Of a stretch of 64,000 bases of DNA, positions 51,507-62,063 are shown in pieces. A model generated the notes under the pieces. The model was given only the letters and a program-made list of their open reading frames with translations, was not told the origin of the DNA and searched no databases. Numbering within the stretch: the stretch's first letter is position 1; each line of letters opens with the position of its first letter. The translations under genes were made by a program, and so were the position numbers. The stretch comes from Anaerolineae bacterium. GTDB taxonomy: Bacteria > Chloroflexota > Anaerolineae > JAAYZQ01. Location: NCBI GenBank assembly GCA_034435455.1, contig DAOTXL010000002.1, positions 39,023 through 103,022 on the forward strand, read 5' to 3'.

Positions 51507-51534
51507 TTGTACACCGGGACACCACCTTTGTCAA
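51507..51534 (-). promoter_or_regulatory. Sigma70 promoter (TTGACA-17-TACAAT) for arsP-trx-arsR operon with downstream direct repeat CAGATAA x2 (51457..51472) as candidate operator
   Basis: Minus-strand reading ttgacaaaggtggtgtcccggtgtacaat; repeat ttatctgttatctgtt between -10 and RBS. Confidence 0.6.
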
Positions 51535-51950
51535 ATCGAGGGGGTGCCAATGCACGCTGCGGGGAGGGGCTATCCCGGCGGTGTGGCAATGCCCCAACCG
51601 CCGGCCACCGTCTCGGCGCCGGGTCACCTGTCCTGAGCGGAGCGAAGGATACCGGCGCGCGCCCATGTGGTACAGGCCCAGGGCCTCCTCCCGGCGTTGC
51701 CCGGTGTAGCGAGAAAAGGAGTATTAGGTTTCCACGACGATCGACAAGGGTCATGGGTGCCTGGAAACCCGCATCCTGGAGAGCAGCCCCACGCTGTCAG
51801 GCTCCCTGGACCGGCCTGGCGTGGGCCAGGTGATGCGCCGCCGCTGCAAGCACGTGATCGTCAAGTCAGCACCGAAAGGATGGTCCAACTGGCTGACTTT
51901 GACAGGGCCCTACCAGCCGGGGGGTGCCACTACCCTTTTTGCCCAAAACC

Positions 51951-51959
51951 TGGTATAAT
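51951..51959 (+). promoter_or_regulatory. Extended -10 promoter candidate (TGgTATAAT) upstream of moxR
   Basis: cctggtataatcgtgaatcgc 40 nt upstream of ATG 51999. Confidence 0.4.
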
Positions 51960-51998
51960 CGTGAATCGCAAATCGTAAAGCGTAAAGCGAGGCGGGGT

Positions 51999-52955
51999 AT
52001 GGAAGAGGTCAAAGCTGTCGCCGGCAAAATTATCGAAAATGTGGAGAAGGTGATCGTCGGCAAGCATGAAGCGGTGCAACTCACCGTCATTGCCCTGTTG
52101 TGCGAAGGGCACCTGCTCATCGAAGATGTGCCCGGCACCGGCAAGACGGTGCTGGCCAAGTCGGTAGCCCGGTCGTTGGGCTGCACCTTCCGCCGCATCC
52201 AGTTCACCCCTGACATGCTGCCCAGCGACGTGACCGGCGTCTCGGTGTTCAACCAAAAGACACGGGAGTTCGAATTCCGGCCCGGCCCGGTCATGGCGCA
52301 GATCGTCCTCACCGACGAGATCAACCGGGCGACCCCTAAGACCCAGTCGGCCCTGCTGGAGGCGATGGAGGAACGGCAGATTACGGTGGATGGCGTAACC
52401 TATCCCATGGAAAGGCCGTTTTTGGTGCTGGCCACCCAAAACCCCATCGAGTATGAGGGCACCTTTCCTCTGCCCGAGGCTCAACTCGACCGGTTCATGA
52501 TGCGCATCGGCCTGGACTATCCCACCGCGGAGGAGGAGATGGTCATGCTGGACCGGCAGCGGTATTTCCACCCCGTCACCCGGCTCGAACAGGTGGTGAC
52601 CGCCGAAGAGCTGATCCGGGCCCAGGAGCGCATCAAAGAGGTGTATCTGGACGATCTGGTCAAGGAGTATATCGTCAAGCTGGTCAAAGCCACCCGCAAG
52701 CATCCGGACATCTACCTGGGAGCCAGCCCGCGCGGCAGCATCGCCCTTTACAAGACCGTCCAGGCCCGCGCGGCCATCCTGGGGCGCGACTATGTCATCC
52801 CCGACGATGTCAAAGCCCTGGCCATGGCCACCCTGGCCCACCGCCTGATCGTCAGCCCCTCGGCCCGGATCAAAAATATAGACCCCCGCGCCGTAATCCA
52901 GGAGATTCTGGACAGCACCCCCGTGCCGGGGGCGCGGGTGCGACCTACTGTCTGA
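51999..52955 (+). CDS. MoxR-family AAA+ ATPase
   Basis: Walker A PGTGKT, Walker B LTDEINRA, sensor motifs; ATG 51999 inside ORF 51924..52955. Confidence 0.85.
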   Translation: MEEVKAVAGKIIENVEKVIVGKHEAVQLTVIALLCEGHLLIEDVPGTGKTVLAKSVARSLGCTFRRIQFTPDMLPSDVTGVSVFNQKTREFEFRPGPVMAQIVLTDEINRATPKTQSALLEAMEERQITVDGVTYPMERPFLVLATQNPIEYEGTFPLPEAQLDRFMMRIGLDYPTAEEEMVMLDRQRYFHPVTRLEQVVTAEELIRAQERIKEVYLDDLVKEYIVKLVKATRKHPDIYLGASPRGSIALYKTVQARAAILGRDYVIPDDVKALAMATLAHRLIVSPSARIKNIDPRAVIQEILDSTPVPGARVRPTV

Positions 52956-52978
52956 CCCTTTCTACAAGAGAGAGAACG

Positions 52979-54751
52979 ATGCCTCAAAGTGACCTGGTCT
53001 TGCTGCACGCCCCCAGCGTGTACGACTTTCGACGGGAATCGATCCTCTACGGGCCGGTGAGTGATCTGGTGCCCAGCACCCCGGTCTTTGAGATGTATCC
53101 CATCGGCCTGACGACCATAGCCGAGTACCTGGAGCGCCACGGCCTGCGGGTGCGCATCATCAACCTGGCGGTGCGGATGCTCAACGACAGCCGCTTCGAC
53201 CCGGAGGCGCTCATCCGCAAGCTCCGCCCGGCAGCCTTTGGCATTGACCTGCACTGGATGCCCCACGCCCACGGCGCGATCGAGGTGGCGCGGTTGTGTA
53301 AAAAGCATCACCCAGACGTGCCGGTGATGATGGGCGGGTTTTCGGCCACCTTCTTTCACGAGGAGCTGATCCGACGCCCCGAAGTGGACCTGGTGGTGCG
53401 CGGCGACTCGACCGAGGAACCGGTATTACAACTGATGCGCCACCTGACCGGCCGGCCAGGCGCGCCGGCACTGGCCGACATCCCCAACCTGACCTGGCGG
53501 GAGCCCGACGGGACCGTCCACGTCAACGACCTGACCTGCTGCCCGGCCAACCTGGACCACCTGCTCCTGGATTATAGCTACGTGGTGCGGGCGGTGGCCC
53601 GCTACCGCGATCTGGCCGGTCTTGTCCCGTTCAAAGGCTGGTTGGGGTATCCCATCACGGCGGCGCTGAGCGTGCGGGGTTGTACCTACAACTGCCGCAC
53701 CTGCGGCGGTTCGGCGGCAGCCTTTGCCGCCCTGCACCGCCGATCCCGCCCGGCCTACCGCGCCCCGGAGGACCTGGCCCAGGATATCCGCAACATCGCC
53801 CGTTTCAGCCGTGGCCCGGTGTTCATCCTGGGCGACATCCGCCAGCCGGGTGCGGACTATGCCGACCGCTTCCTGCGGGCCATCCACGGTTTCCAGGGGC
53901 CGGTCATCGTCGAACTGTTCGACGCGGCCGACCGGACCTTCATCCGGCGCCTGGCCGAGGCCATGCCCAACTGGACGCTGGAGATTTCGCTGGAATCCCA
54001 CAGCGAGGAGGTGCGGGCGGCCTTTGGCCGGCCCTACAAAAACGCCGCCATCGAAGATACCATGCGCTACGCCCTGGCAGCCGGCGTCAGGCGGCTGGAC
54101 ATCTTTTTCATGATCGGCCTGCCCAAACAGGACTACCGCTCGGTGATGGATACCGTGGAGTACTGCGAATTCCTGATGCGCGACCTGGACGGGGGGGCGA
54201 AGCGCCGGCTGATCCCCTTCATCTCGCCCCTGGCCCCTTTCCTCGATCCCGGCAGCCCGGTCTTTACCGAACCGGAGCGCTATGGCTACCGCCTTCTGGC
54301 CCGCACGTTGGAGGAGCATCGCCAGGCCCTGGTGCAGCCCAGTTGGAAATATGTGCTCAACTATGAAACCGAATGGCTGAATCGGGACCAGATCGTGGAC
54401 AGCACCTACGAGGCCGGGCTGCGGTTGAACCGCCTCAAGGCGCGCTACGGCCTGGTAGACCCGGCCCAGGCGGAACGCACCGAGGCGCGCATCCTCAAGG
54501 CGCGGCGGCTCATCGCCCAGGTGGATGACATTCTGAGCGTGCAGGATGCCGGACGGCGCGCCCGGCTATTGCAGGCTCTCAAACCCCAGGTGGATGAAGC
54601 CAACCTGTCCACCGTGTGCGACAAGGCTGAACTGAACGTGCCCTTGCGCGGCCTCAAGCTGAACCTGCCGCAGGCCGCCCTCCTGTCCCTTCGGCAAACG
54701 GCCCGGCGCACGCTGCCTCAAACCCAGCGCAAAGGGGGAGCCCTTGAATAA
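52979..54751 (+). CDS. B12-binding-domain radical SAM protein (class B)
   Basis: N-terminal cobalamin-binding Rossmann-like region; CTYNCRTC radical SAM triad; 590 aa. Confidence 0.7.
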   Translation: MPQSDLVLLHAPSVYDFRRESILYGPVSDLVPSTPVFEMYPIGLTTIAEYLERHGLRVRIINLAVRMLNDSRFDPEALIRKLRPAAFGIDLHWMPHAHGAIEVARLCKKHHPDVPVMMGGFSATFFHEELIRRPEVDLVVRGDSTEEPVLQLMRHLTGRPGAPALADIPNLTWREPDGTVHVNDLTCCPANLDHLLLDYSYVVRAVARYRDLAGLVPFKGWLGYPITAALSVRGCTYNCRTCGGSAAAFAALHRRSRPAYRAPEDLAQDIRNIARFSRGPVFILGDIRQPGADYADRFLRAIHGFQGPVIVELFDAADRTFIRRLAEAMPNWTLEISLESHSEEVRAAFGRPYKNAAIEDTMRYALAAGVRRLDIFFMIGLPKQDYRSVMDTVEYCEFLMRDLDGGAKRRLIPFISPLAPFLDPGSPVFTEPERYGYRLLARTLEEHRQALVQPSWKYVLNYETEWLNRDQIVDSTYEAGLRLNRLKARYGLVDPAQAERTEARILKARRLIAQVDDILSVQDAGRRARLLQALKPQVDEANLSTVCDKAELNVPLRGLKLNLPQAALLSLRQTARRTLPQTQRKGGALE

Positions 54752-55595
54752 CCGCCGATGTCCCGACATCGTCATCGTCGGCCACGTCTGCCAGGACCTG
54801 CAGCCTGACGGCAGCCTGAGCTTGGGGGGGTCGGTTTCCTACGCCGCCACCACCGCCCTGCGGATGGGATACCGGGTGGGCGTGGTCACCAGCGCCGGGC
54901 CGGACCTGGATGTGGCCCATGCCTTTCCCGGTGCCCAGGTCGTCTGTCACCCCTCGGCGGCCACCACCCTGTTCGAGAACATCTATCTGGACGGGGGGCG
55001 CCGGCAGATCCTCCACCGCCGCGCCACCGCCATCACCTGCGCGCAGATCCCGGCTGCCTGGCGTGCCCCCTCGATGGTCTATCTGGGCAGCATTGACCAG
55101 GAGATCGCCCCCGATCTGTTCTACTGCTTTGAGGAGGCGGCCCTGCTCGCCGTCATGCCCCAGGGTTTTTTTCGGTGCTGGAATGAACAGGGCCTGGTCT
55201 CCTTTGTCGAGTGGCGGCCGCCGGAGGCGGTGCTGCGGCGCATCCAGGTGCTGATCATCAGCGAATTGGATGTGCCCAACCCCGATGAACTGGCCCGCGA
55301 CTGGGGGCGGTTCACCCGCATCATCGTCGTAACCCGCGCCGAACGGGGCGCAACCGTGTACCAGGCCGGCCAGGTATGCCACTATCCGGCCCGGCCGGCT
55401 CACCAGGTGGACCCCACGGGCGCAGGGGATGTGTTCGCCGCCGCCTTCCTGATCCGCCTGGCCGAGACAGGCGATCCATGCCAGGCTGCCCGCTTTGCCA
55501 ATGCCGTGGCCTCCTTTTCCGTCGAGGGGCCGGGAGTGACCGGCATCCCGCTGCGCCGGCAGGTGGACGCCTATCTGAATACCGCTCAGAGCTGA
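54744..55595 (+). CDS. PfkB-family carbohydrate/nucleoside kinase
   Basis: DPTGAGDVFAAAF motif; 8-nt overlap with preceding gene. Confidence 0.75.
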   Translation: MNNRRCPDIVIVGHVCQDLQPDGSLSLGGSVSYAATTALRMGYRVGVVTSAGPDLDVAHAFPGAQVVCHPSAATTLFENIYLDGGRRQILHRRATAITCAQIPAAWRAPSMVYLGSIDQEIAPDLFYCFEEAALLAVMPQGFFRCWNEQGLVSFVEWRPPEAVLRRIQVLIISELDVPNPDELARDWGRFTRIIVVTRAERGATVYQAGQVCHYPARPAHQVDPTGAGDVFAAAFLIRLAETGDPCQAARFANAVASFSVEGPGVTGIPLRRQVDAYLNTAQS

Positions 55596-55945
55596 GGACC
55601 CCTGCCCGGTTCCGCCCGACTTGCCAATGCCCGCCCAGGCCGCGCCGGTCCCCGCCCACGAACCCACCCTGGCTCGATTCGGGTCAAACGGTGTCCGGTT
55701 CTACCCCCGGTAATTAGTGGTCCGAATCGAATTGGCCACTATATCTGGCACCCGACCTCCGTGCCTCTACCGCCTCAGGCGGGCGCCGAGGCCAGCGGCA
55801 GCCCGGTTGTGGTTCACCGCCAGCCTATTCCGTTTGTTTGGTCTTTATGAAAAGCTATGGTAAAATCGGTGATTGCCAATCTTGTAGGACAACTGCTAGC
55901 AGTTGTCTAACGAACCTGTGTGGTTGGAGGATGAGAGGGGGGACC

Positions 55946-56818
55946 ATGAGAGAAGAGATTCAGCAATTTCTGGATTATATCACTCGAGAGAAAAGGTATA
56001 CGCAAAACACGTTGGCCGCCTACCGCAACGATCTGACCCAGTTTGTTGCCTTTCTGGAAGGTCGCGTCACCGGCTGGGATGAGGTGAAGAGCAGTACCAT
56101 TGTGGACTATATCATGATCATGAAGGCGGAGCGGGAGTATGTCTCTTCCACCGTCGCCCGGAAAGTGGCGGCCATCAAGTCGTTCTTCCACTACCTGACG
56201 AACCAGGGGATCCTGGAGGACGACCCGACCGCCACGCTGGACTCGCCCAAAGTGCGCAAACGGCTGCCGAAGGCCATTTCGGTGGAAGAGATGGAACGGC
56301 TGCTGAGCGAACCGGCCCGGGAAGAGACGGCCAAGGCGCTGCGCGACCGGGCCCTGTTGGAACTGCTCTATGCCGCGGGCCTGCGGGTGACAGAACTGGT
56401 GTCGCTCAATGTGGACGACCTCAACCTGGCTTCGGCCACGGTCCGGATCGTGCGCGCCAAGGACAAACGGGAGCGGATCGTGCCGATTCACCACCGGGCC
56501 ATCGAGCCGTTACAGGAGTATCTGGAGCGAGGGCGGATGCAACTGCTGCGCAATCCGCAAGAAACGGCCCTGTTCCTGAACCACCGGGGGGAGCGGTTGA
56601 CCCGTCAGGGCCTGTGGCTGATCGTCAAGTATTATGTGCGGGAGATCGGGATAGCCGAGGAGGTGACGCCCCACACTCTGCGGCACACCTTCGCCGCCCA
56701 CCTGCTCGACAAAAAGGCAGACCTGGAGTATGTGCAGGAACTGTTGGGGCATGCCAGCATTTCGACCACCCAGGTCTATACCCAGATCGGCAGGAATCAG
56801 GCACCTGACGTAGAGTAG
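55946..56818 (+). CDS. Tyrosine site-specific recombinase XerC/XerD family
   Basis: SAM-like N-domain + catalytic RHxxR…HTLRHTFA…LLGHASISTTQVYT (Tyr nucleophile); ATG 55946 with GGAGG RBS. Confidence 0.85.
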   Translation: MREEIQQFLDYITREKRYTQNTLAAYRNDLTQFVAFLEGRVTGWDEVKSSTIVDYIMIMKAEREYVSSTVARKVAAIKSFFHYLTNQGILEDDPTATLDSPKVRKRLPKAISVEEMERLLSEPAREETAKALRDRALLELLYAAGLRVTELVSLNVDDLNLASATVRIVRAKDKRERIVPIHHRAIEPLQEYLERGRMQLLRNPQETALFLNHRGERLTRQGLWLIVKYYVREIGIAEEVTPHTLRHTFAAHLLDKKADLEYVQELLGHASISTTQVYTQIGRNQAPDVE

Positions 56819-56858
56819 GCTGCTCCCGGTTCCACCGAGAGGCAAGGGGGAGAAACAA

Positions 56859-57743
56859 ATGGGGTATGTAGAAAAGGTGATGGGAGACCACGAGCACGCG
56901 ATCTACCGCACCCACCTGCATTTCATCGTCCTGCTACAACGGATCGCCGGCTCACTTTTTGCCTTCGCCGTGTTCCTCGGCACCGGCCTGATCGTCCTCT
57001 TGACGCCGGAGGACGAGGCCGGGGACAAGGCCCGGTTCGTCGTCGGCCTGATCGTGCTGTTCAGTGCCGTGTTGCCCCTGTATGTGATCGGGGCCCCCTG
57101 GCTGCGGGGCCGGCGCGGCCGCGAATTCCTGGAGCAGGCTTGGAAGCCGGCGCTGGCCCTCCTTCTGATCCTGGTTGTGGCTTTGGCGTTGATGATCGCC
57201 CCCGATTTCCAGGCCACAGGCTGGGCCGCGATCGCCCTGGCCCTCGCCCCTCTGTTTGAGATGATCCACGAGCTTCTCGACTGGCTGAACGAGCGGTATA
57301 TCATCACCAACCGGCGGGTCATGGAGGTGCGGGGCATCATCAACAAGCATATCCGCGACTCGGCGCTGGAAAAGGTCAACGACGTGGACATGACCCAATC
57401 GATCCTCGGCCGCCTCCTGGGCTACGGCACGGTCCAGATCATCACCGGCTCCGACATCGGGGTCAACATGTTCCGCCGCATCGCAAACCCGGTCCGCTTC
57501 AAACGGGAGATGCTGAACGCCAAGGAACAGTTGCATGGCACGGTATTGGCCGAAGATAGGGGGCCGGTCGTTGCGCCGGCCGCGCCGACCGGCGGGGCCG
57601 AATCGGAAGCAGCCGGGGCGGCTCCCTCGGCCAGGGCCAGCATCGCCGATCTCCTTGTCGAGCTGGCGGAGCTTCGGCAGAAGGGGATCATTTCCGAAGA
57701 AGAGTTCCAGACCAAGAAGAAAGAGTTGCTGGATCGGCTATGA
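56859..57743 (+). CDS. Membrane protein with bacterial PH (YdbT-like) domain and C-terminal SHOCT domain
   Basis: TM helices, PH-like …YIITNRRVMEVRGII…, SHOCT …LRQKGIISEEEFQTKKKELL. Confidence 0.6.
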   Translation: MGYVEKVMGDHEHAIYRTHLHFIVLLQRIAGSLFAFAVFLGTGLIVLLTPEDEAGDKARFVVGLIVLFSAVLPLYVIGAPWLRGRRGREFLEQAWKPALALLLILVVALALMIAPDFQATGWAAIALALAPLFEMIHELLDWLNERYIITNRRVMEVRGIINKHIRDSALEKVNDVDMTQSILGRLLGYGTVQIITGSDIGVNMFRRIANPVRFKREMLNAKEQLHGTVLAEDRGPVVAPAAPTGGAESEAAGAAPSARASIADLLVELAELRQKGIISEEEFQTKKKELLDRL

Positions 57744-57768
57744 TGTCCGGACCGCAGACCGCTGTGCC

Positions 57769-58614
57769 ATGACAACACCATTTTACACCCGTGAGCAATA
57801 CGAAGAGGCGGCCGACTATATCCGGCAGCGAACCCTTCACCGGCCCCGCGTGGGGCTGGTCCTCGGTTCGGGGCTGAATGCGCTGGCCGAGGCGGTGGAA
57901 GGGGCCGCCACGATCCCATACCAGGAAGTGCCTTACTTTCCGACCACGACGGTGATGGGGCACGTGGGGCGGCTGATCCTGGGCCGGCTGGAGGGGGTGC
58001 CGGTGATCACCATGCAAGGCCGGGCCCACTTTTACGAGGGCTACCCGATGCAGCAGATCGTGTTCCCCATCCGGGTCATGCAGGTGCTGGGGGTGGAAAC
58101 GCTGATCGTCACCAACGCGGCCGGGGGCCTCAACCCCGCCTTCCGGCCCGGCGACCTGATGCTGATCGCCGATCATCTCAACCTGCCGGGCATGGCCGGG
58201 CTGAACCCGCTGGTAGGGCCGAACGACCCAACGTTGGGGCCGCGCTTCCCCGATATGTCCCAGGCCTATGACCTCAGCCTGCGCCATCTCGCCCGCCAGG
58301 TGGCCCGCGAACAGGGGATCCCCCTGCACGAGGGGGTCTATGTCGGGTTGGGCGGGCCCTCGTTCGAGACCCCGGCTGAAATCCGGTTCCTGCGGCTGAT
58401 GGGCGCCGACGCGGTGGGCATGTCGACCGTCTCTGAAGTGACGGTGGCGCGCCACGGAGGGCTGCGGGTGCTGGGCATCTCAGGGATCAGCAACGTGGCC
58501 ACGGGCGAACCGACGGCCGGCCAGGAGACCAGCCACGAAGAGGTGCTGGCTGCCGGTCAGCAGATCGTCCCCCGCCTGACGGCCCTGGTCCGGGGGGTTC
58601 TGGCCCGGATGTAG
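57769..58614 (+). CDS. Purine nucleoside phosphorylase (PNP/MTAP family)
   Basis: …VMGHVGRLILGRLEGVPV…GGPSFETPAE…MSTVSEV; ATG 57769 inside ORF 57535..58614. Confidence 0.85.
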   Translation: MTTPFYTREQYEEAADYIRQRTLHRPRVGLVLGSGLNALAEAVEGAATIPYQEVPYFPTTTVMGHVGRLILGRLEGVPVITMQGRAHFYEGYPMQQIVFPIRVMQVLGVETLIVTNAAGGLNPAFRPGDLMLIADHLNLPGMAGLNPLVGPNDPTLGPRFPDMSQAYDLSLRHLARQVAREQGIPLHEGVYVGLGGPSFETPAEIRFLRLMGADAVGMSTVSEVTVARHGGLRVLGISGISNVATGEPTAGQETSHEEVLAAGQQIVPRLTALVRGVLARM

Positions 58615-58637
58615 CCGTGGTCGCTGCGGAGTGAGGC

Positions 58638-59387
58638 ATGGAAGCGGTCTTGGAATTTGTCGCCGACTACCAGGGGTGGATCTATGGGCTGCTGGGCCTT
58701 ATCCTGCTTTTCTATCTGCGCCGCGCGCTGCTGGCCCGCCGCGAGGGAGCCCGCTCGATCTTTAAGCTGGAGAAGGAACAGGCCCGGGCCCGCTATAGCC
58801 GCAGCGTCACCGTGCTGGCCATTACCCTGATCCTGATGGCCGCCGTGTTCCTGGTGAGCAACCCCCTGCAGGTCCGTTCAGAGCCGACCCCCGAACCAAG
58901 CCCGACGGTCACCACCGGGCCGCTGGTCGAGCCGACGCTGACCTACACCCCGTTGCCGCCGACCATCACGCCGACGGCCAGCGCCACGCCGACTCGACCG
59001 GTATTGCCCCCCCGGCCCTCGCCCACGTCCGCCGTAGCCGTGACCGATACACCGGTAGTCAGGCCGGCGGCCTGCCCCGATCCCAATGTGCGGATCACCT
59101 CGCCGGGTGTCAACCAGGTGGTGCGGGGCAATTTCCCGGTGCGCGGTACGGCCAACATCCCCTCGTTCCAGTACTACAAGATCGAAGTGGGGCCGGGGAC
59201 CAACCCGAAGGACCAGGAATGGGTGGTTGTCGGGCAGTTGCGCTACAGCGCGGTGGTCAACGGGGTGCTGGAAAGTTTCAACAGCACGGCCTATGCCCCC
59301 GGCACCTATACCCTGCGGCTGGTAGTGGTGGACCAGACCGGCAACTATCCCGAACCTTGCCGGGTGACGATCGTCGTCGAGCACTAG
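58638..59387 (+). CDS. Hypothetical membrane-anchored protein with Pro/Thr-rich linker and C-terminal beta-rich domain
   Basis: N-terminal TM, PT-rich linker, C-terminal domain. Confidence 0.45.
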   Translation: MEAVLEFVADYQGWIYGLLGLILLFYLRRALLARREGARSIFKLEKEQARARYSRSVTVLAITLILMAAVFLVSNPLQVRSEPTPEPSPTVTTGPLVEPTLTYTPLPPTITPTASATPTRPVLPPRPSPTSAVAVTDTPVVRPAACPDPNVRITSPGVNQVVRGNFPVRGTANIPSFQYYKIEVGPGTNPKDQEWVVVGQLRYSAVVNGVLESFNSTAYAPGTYTLRLVVVDQTGNYPEPCRVTIVVEH

Positions 59388-59402
59388 CGGGCCTGGGGCC
59401 TC

Positions 59403-61001
59403 GTGAGCCAGCCGGTTTCTCCCTCCCCCACTCAAGGGTCAGGCGGCCTTGCCCGGGCAGCGGGCATCCTCGCCCTGGGCAGTATCGTCGGGCGGGTGCT
59501 GGGCCTGGTCCGGGAGCAGATCATCGCCTACTTTTTCGGCGCCAGCGGGCTGGTCAGCGTCTTTGGCATCGCCGACACGATCCGCAAGATGGTCTTTGAG
59601 TTGCTCATCGGCGGGATGCTCAGCGCTGCGCTGGTGCCGGTGTTCAGTGAGGTGGCGGAACGCGAGGGGCGTCCGGCCCTGTGGGCGCTGTTCAGCCGGG
59701 TGCTGAGCCTGGCCGCCGCGGTTCTGGCCCTCCTGGTGTTGCTGTTGGAACTGCTGGCCCCCCAGGTGGCCTGGCTGCTGGGCGGCGGCTTTGGCCCGGA
59801 GTTGCAGGCAGCCCTGGCCCGGATGATCCGCATCATCGCCCCGGCCATTTTGCTCGTCGGCCTGTCGGGGGTGGTGACGGGCCTGCTCTACACCCTCAAA
59901 CGGTTTACCTTGCCGGCCTTTGGGGCAGCGGCCTTTAATTTGGGGATCATCCTGGCCGCCCCCATCCTGGCCGGCCGCCTCGATGCCTACAGCCTGGCGG
60001 TGGGCGTGCTCCTGGGGTCGCTGCTGCAACTGCTCATCCAGGCTCCGGACCTGCGCTCTGGGCGCTTTCGTTTCCACCTGGACCTTGCCCATCCGGCCCT
60101 GCGGCGCCTTCTCCTCCTCTACCTGCCCATCGCCGCCGGGTTGATCGTCAGCAACCTCCAGATCGCCATAGACCGGCGGCTGGCATCGTCCACCGGCGAG
60201 AGCAGCATCGCCTGGATGGATCGGGCCACGACCCTGATCCAACTGCCCCACGGGCTGGTGGCGGTGGCCATTTCCCTGGCCGTGCTGCCGACCCTGTCGC
60301 GCTTTAGCGCCGCGGGCGATCCGGAGGGTTTCCGCCGGACCCTGGGCCAGGGGCTGCGGTTGGTGCTGGTGCTGATCCTGCCCGCCACGCTGGGCCTGCT
60401 GGTGCTGGCCGGGCCGGCCATCTCCCTCCTGTTTGAACATGGCCGGTTCACGGCGCACGACACCTTTTGGACCACCTGGGCGCTGCGCTACTACCTGGTG
60501 GGCCTGGTCTTTGCAGCCATAGACTGGCCGCTGAATTATGCCTTCTATGCCCGGCAGGACACCCTGACCCCGGCGCTGGTCGGCGTGGTCAGTGTGGGGG
60601 TGTACCTGGCGGTGGCCCTGCTCCTCGTCCGGCCTCTGGGGATGCGGGGGCTGGTCCTGGCCGATTCGGCCAAACATTTCAGCCACGCTGTGACCATGCT
60701 CCTTCTGACGGAACGGCGCATCGGTCGGCTGGCCGACCTGCGCCTGGGTCGCACCGCTGGCAAAGCCCTGCTGGCTGCTGGCGCGATGGCCGGTCTGATG
60801 GCCCTGGTGCTGGCCGGCCTGAACCGCCTGGCTGCTTCCTGGCCGGTGGACGGCGTGATGGCCAGGCTGCTCCTCGTGGGCCTGCCGGCCGGGGTGGGCC
60901 TGGCGGCCTACTGGGTCCTGGTCACCTTGCTGCGGGTGGAGGAGGTGTCTCACCTGAGGGCCACCCTCCGGCTGCGGTTGGGGCATAGGCGCCTTGACTA
61001 A
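59403..61001 (+). CDS. murJ: Lipid II flippase MurJ (MviN)
   Basis: 532 aa, 14 TM, MurJ signature N-terminus …GSIVGRVLGLVREQIIAYFFGAS…. Confidence 0.85.
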   Translation: MSQPVSPSPTQGSGGLARAAGILALGSIVGRVLGLVREQIIAYFFGASGLVSVFGIADTIRKMVFELLIGGMLSAALVPVFSEVAEREGRPALWALFSRVLSLAAAVLALLVLLLELLAPQVAWLLGGGFGPELQAALARMIRIIAPAILLVGLSGVVTGLLYTLKRFTLPAFGAAAFNLGIILAAPILAGRLDAYSLAVGVLLGSLLQLLIQAPDLRSGRFRFHLDLAHPALRRLLLLYLPIAAGLIVSNLQIAIDRRLASSTGESSIAWMDRATTLIQLPHGLVAVAISLAVLPTLSRFSAAGDPEGFRRTLGQGLRLVLVLILPATLGLLVLAGPAISLLFEHGRFTAHDTFWTTWALRYYLVGLVFAAIDWPLNYAFYARQDTLTPALVGVVSVGVYLAVALLLVRPLGMRGLVLADSAKHFSHAVTMLLLTERRIGRLADLRLGRTAGKALLAAGAMAGLMALVLAGLNRLAASWPVDGVMARLLLVGLPAGVGLAAYWVLVTLLRVEEVSHLRATLRLRLGHRRLD

Positions 61002-61010
61002 GGGGCCGGT

Positions 61011-62012
61011 ATGGGGTATAATAGTTTTGTAAAAAGCGGTGAAGCAGAGCCGGGAACTATGCCTGATCGGCGGACCGTAGATGAACTGACAATCGAAGAG
61101 CTGGAGCAGATCCTCCTCATCAAGCGGCGAGAAGCGCGCGCCGAGCGGATGCGCCGCCTGCAGGAGATCGGCCGCCTGCCGGCCGAAGCGGGCCTGCCCC
61201 ATGAAGACCTGGCGGCCGTCGGCTTTCAGAGCGAGGAGCAGGGGGAGGCCCCGGCAGTGGGGACCGGCCGGCAGCGCCCCTTTGACCTGGAACCGCTGCA
61301 CGGCCGTAAACGGCAACGAAAGCAGCGGGCCCGGCCGACCCCTTCCCGCTGGGGGCGGCTCCGCGACCGCCTGTTGCTCGTCCTGGAGGTCGGTGCGCTG
61401 TTGGGCCTGGTGGTCATCCTGGGCCTTTCGCTCTGGAACCTGCGGTCCCTCAATAACGAGTATGTGGAGGCCGGGTTACTGCCCACCCCGACGCCGACCC
61501 CTTTGGCGGGCGGCGTTCTGCCGGGCGGGCACGCTCCCCCTGAGGAGGCAGGCAGCGTGCCCAGCCACCTGCGCGATCTGGTGGAGGGAGAAGCCCCGCC
61601 GGCGGTGGCCATCCCCACGCCGGGGCCGGAAGCGCCGACGCGGATCGTCATCCCGGCCATTGGCGTGGATGCCCTCGTCGTGCCGGGGGATTCGTGGGAA
61701 CAGTTGAAGCGGGGAGTAGGGCATCACCTGAATTCGGCCAATCCGGGCGAACGGGGCAACATGGTCCTCTCGGCCCACAACGACATCTATGGCGAGATCT
61801 TTCGGCACCTGGACGACCTGGAATTGGGGGACGAGATCATCGTCTATGCCGGTGAACTGCCCTATCGTTACGTGGTCAAGGCCAAGCAGATTGTCGAACC
61901 CACGGAGGTCAGCGTGCTGGCTTCGACGACCCGGCCGGTGGTGACCCTGATCTCCTGCTATCCATACATGGTGGATTCCCATCGGATTGTAGTCATTGGC
62001 GAATTGCAGTAA
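61011..62012 (+). CDS. Sortase-family transpeptidase (class E-like, TLISC active site) with N-terminal cytoplasmic/TM extension
   Basis: …HHLNSANPGERGNMVLSAHND… His, TLISCYPY Cys, TM helix LLVLEVGALLGLVVILGL. Confidence 0.75.
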   Translation: MGYNSFVKSGEAEPGTMPDRRTVDELTIEELEQILLIKRREARAERMRRLQEIGRLPAEAGLPHEDLAAVGFQSEEQGEAPAVGTGRQRPFDLEPLHGRKRQRKQRARPTPSRWGRLRDRLLLVLEVGALLGLVVILGLSLWNLRSLNNEYVEAGLLPTPTPTPLAGGVLPGGHAPPEEAGSVPSHLRDLVEGEAPPAVAIPTPGPEAPTRIVIPAIGVDALVVPGDSWEQLKRGVGHHLNSANPGERGNMVLSAHNDIYGEIFRHLDDLELGDEIIVYAGELPYRYVVKAKQIVEPTEVSVLASTTRPVVTLISCYPYMVDSHRIVVIGELQ

Positions 62013-62063
62013 ACAGGAACCGGGCGTGGGACCGGTTATCTTGAACGAGAAAGGAAGGCAAGA

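Noticed and set aside
59439-61316. 625-aa minus-strand ORF
   Set aside because: Antisense to MurJ and sortase. Gln/Arg/Gly/Pro-rich low-complexity translation.
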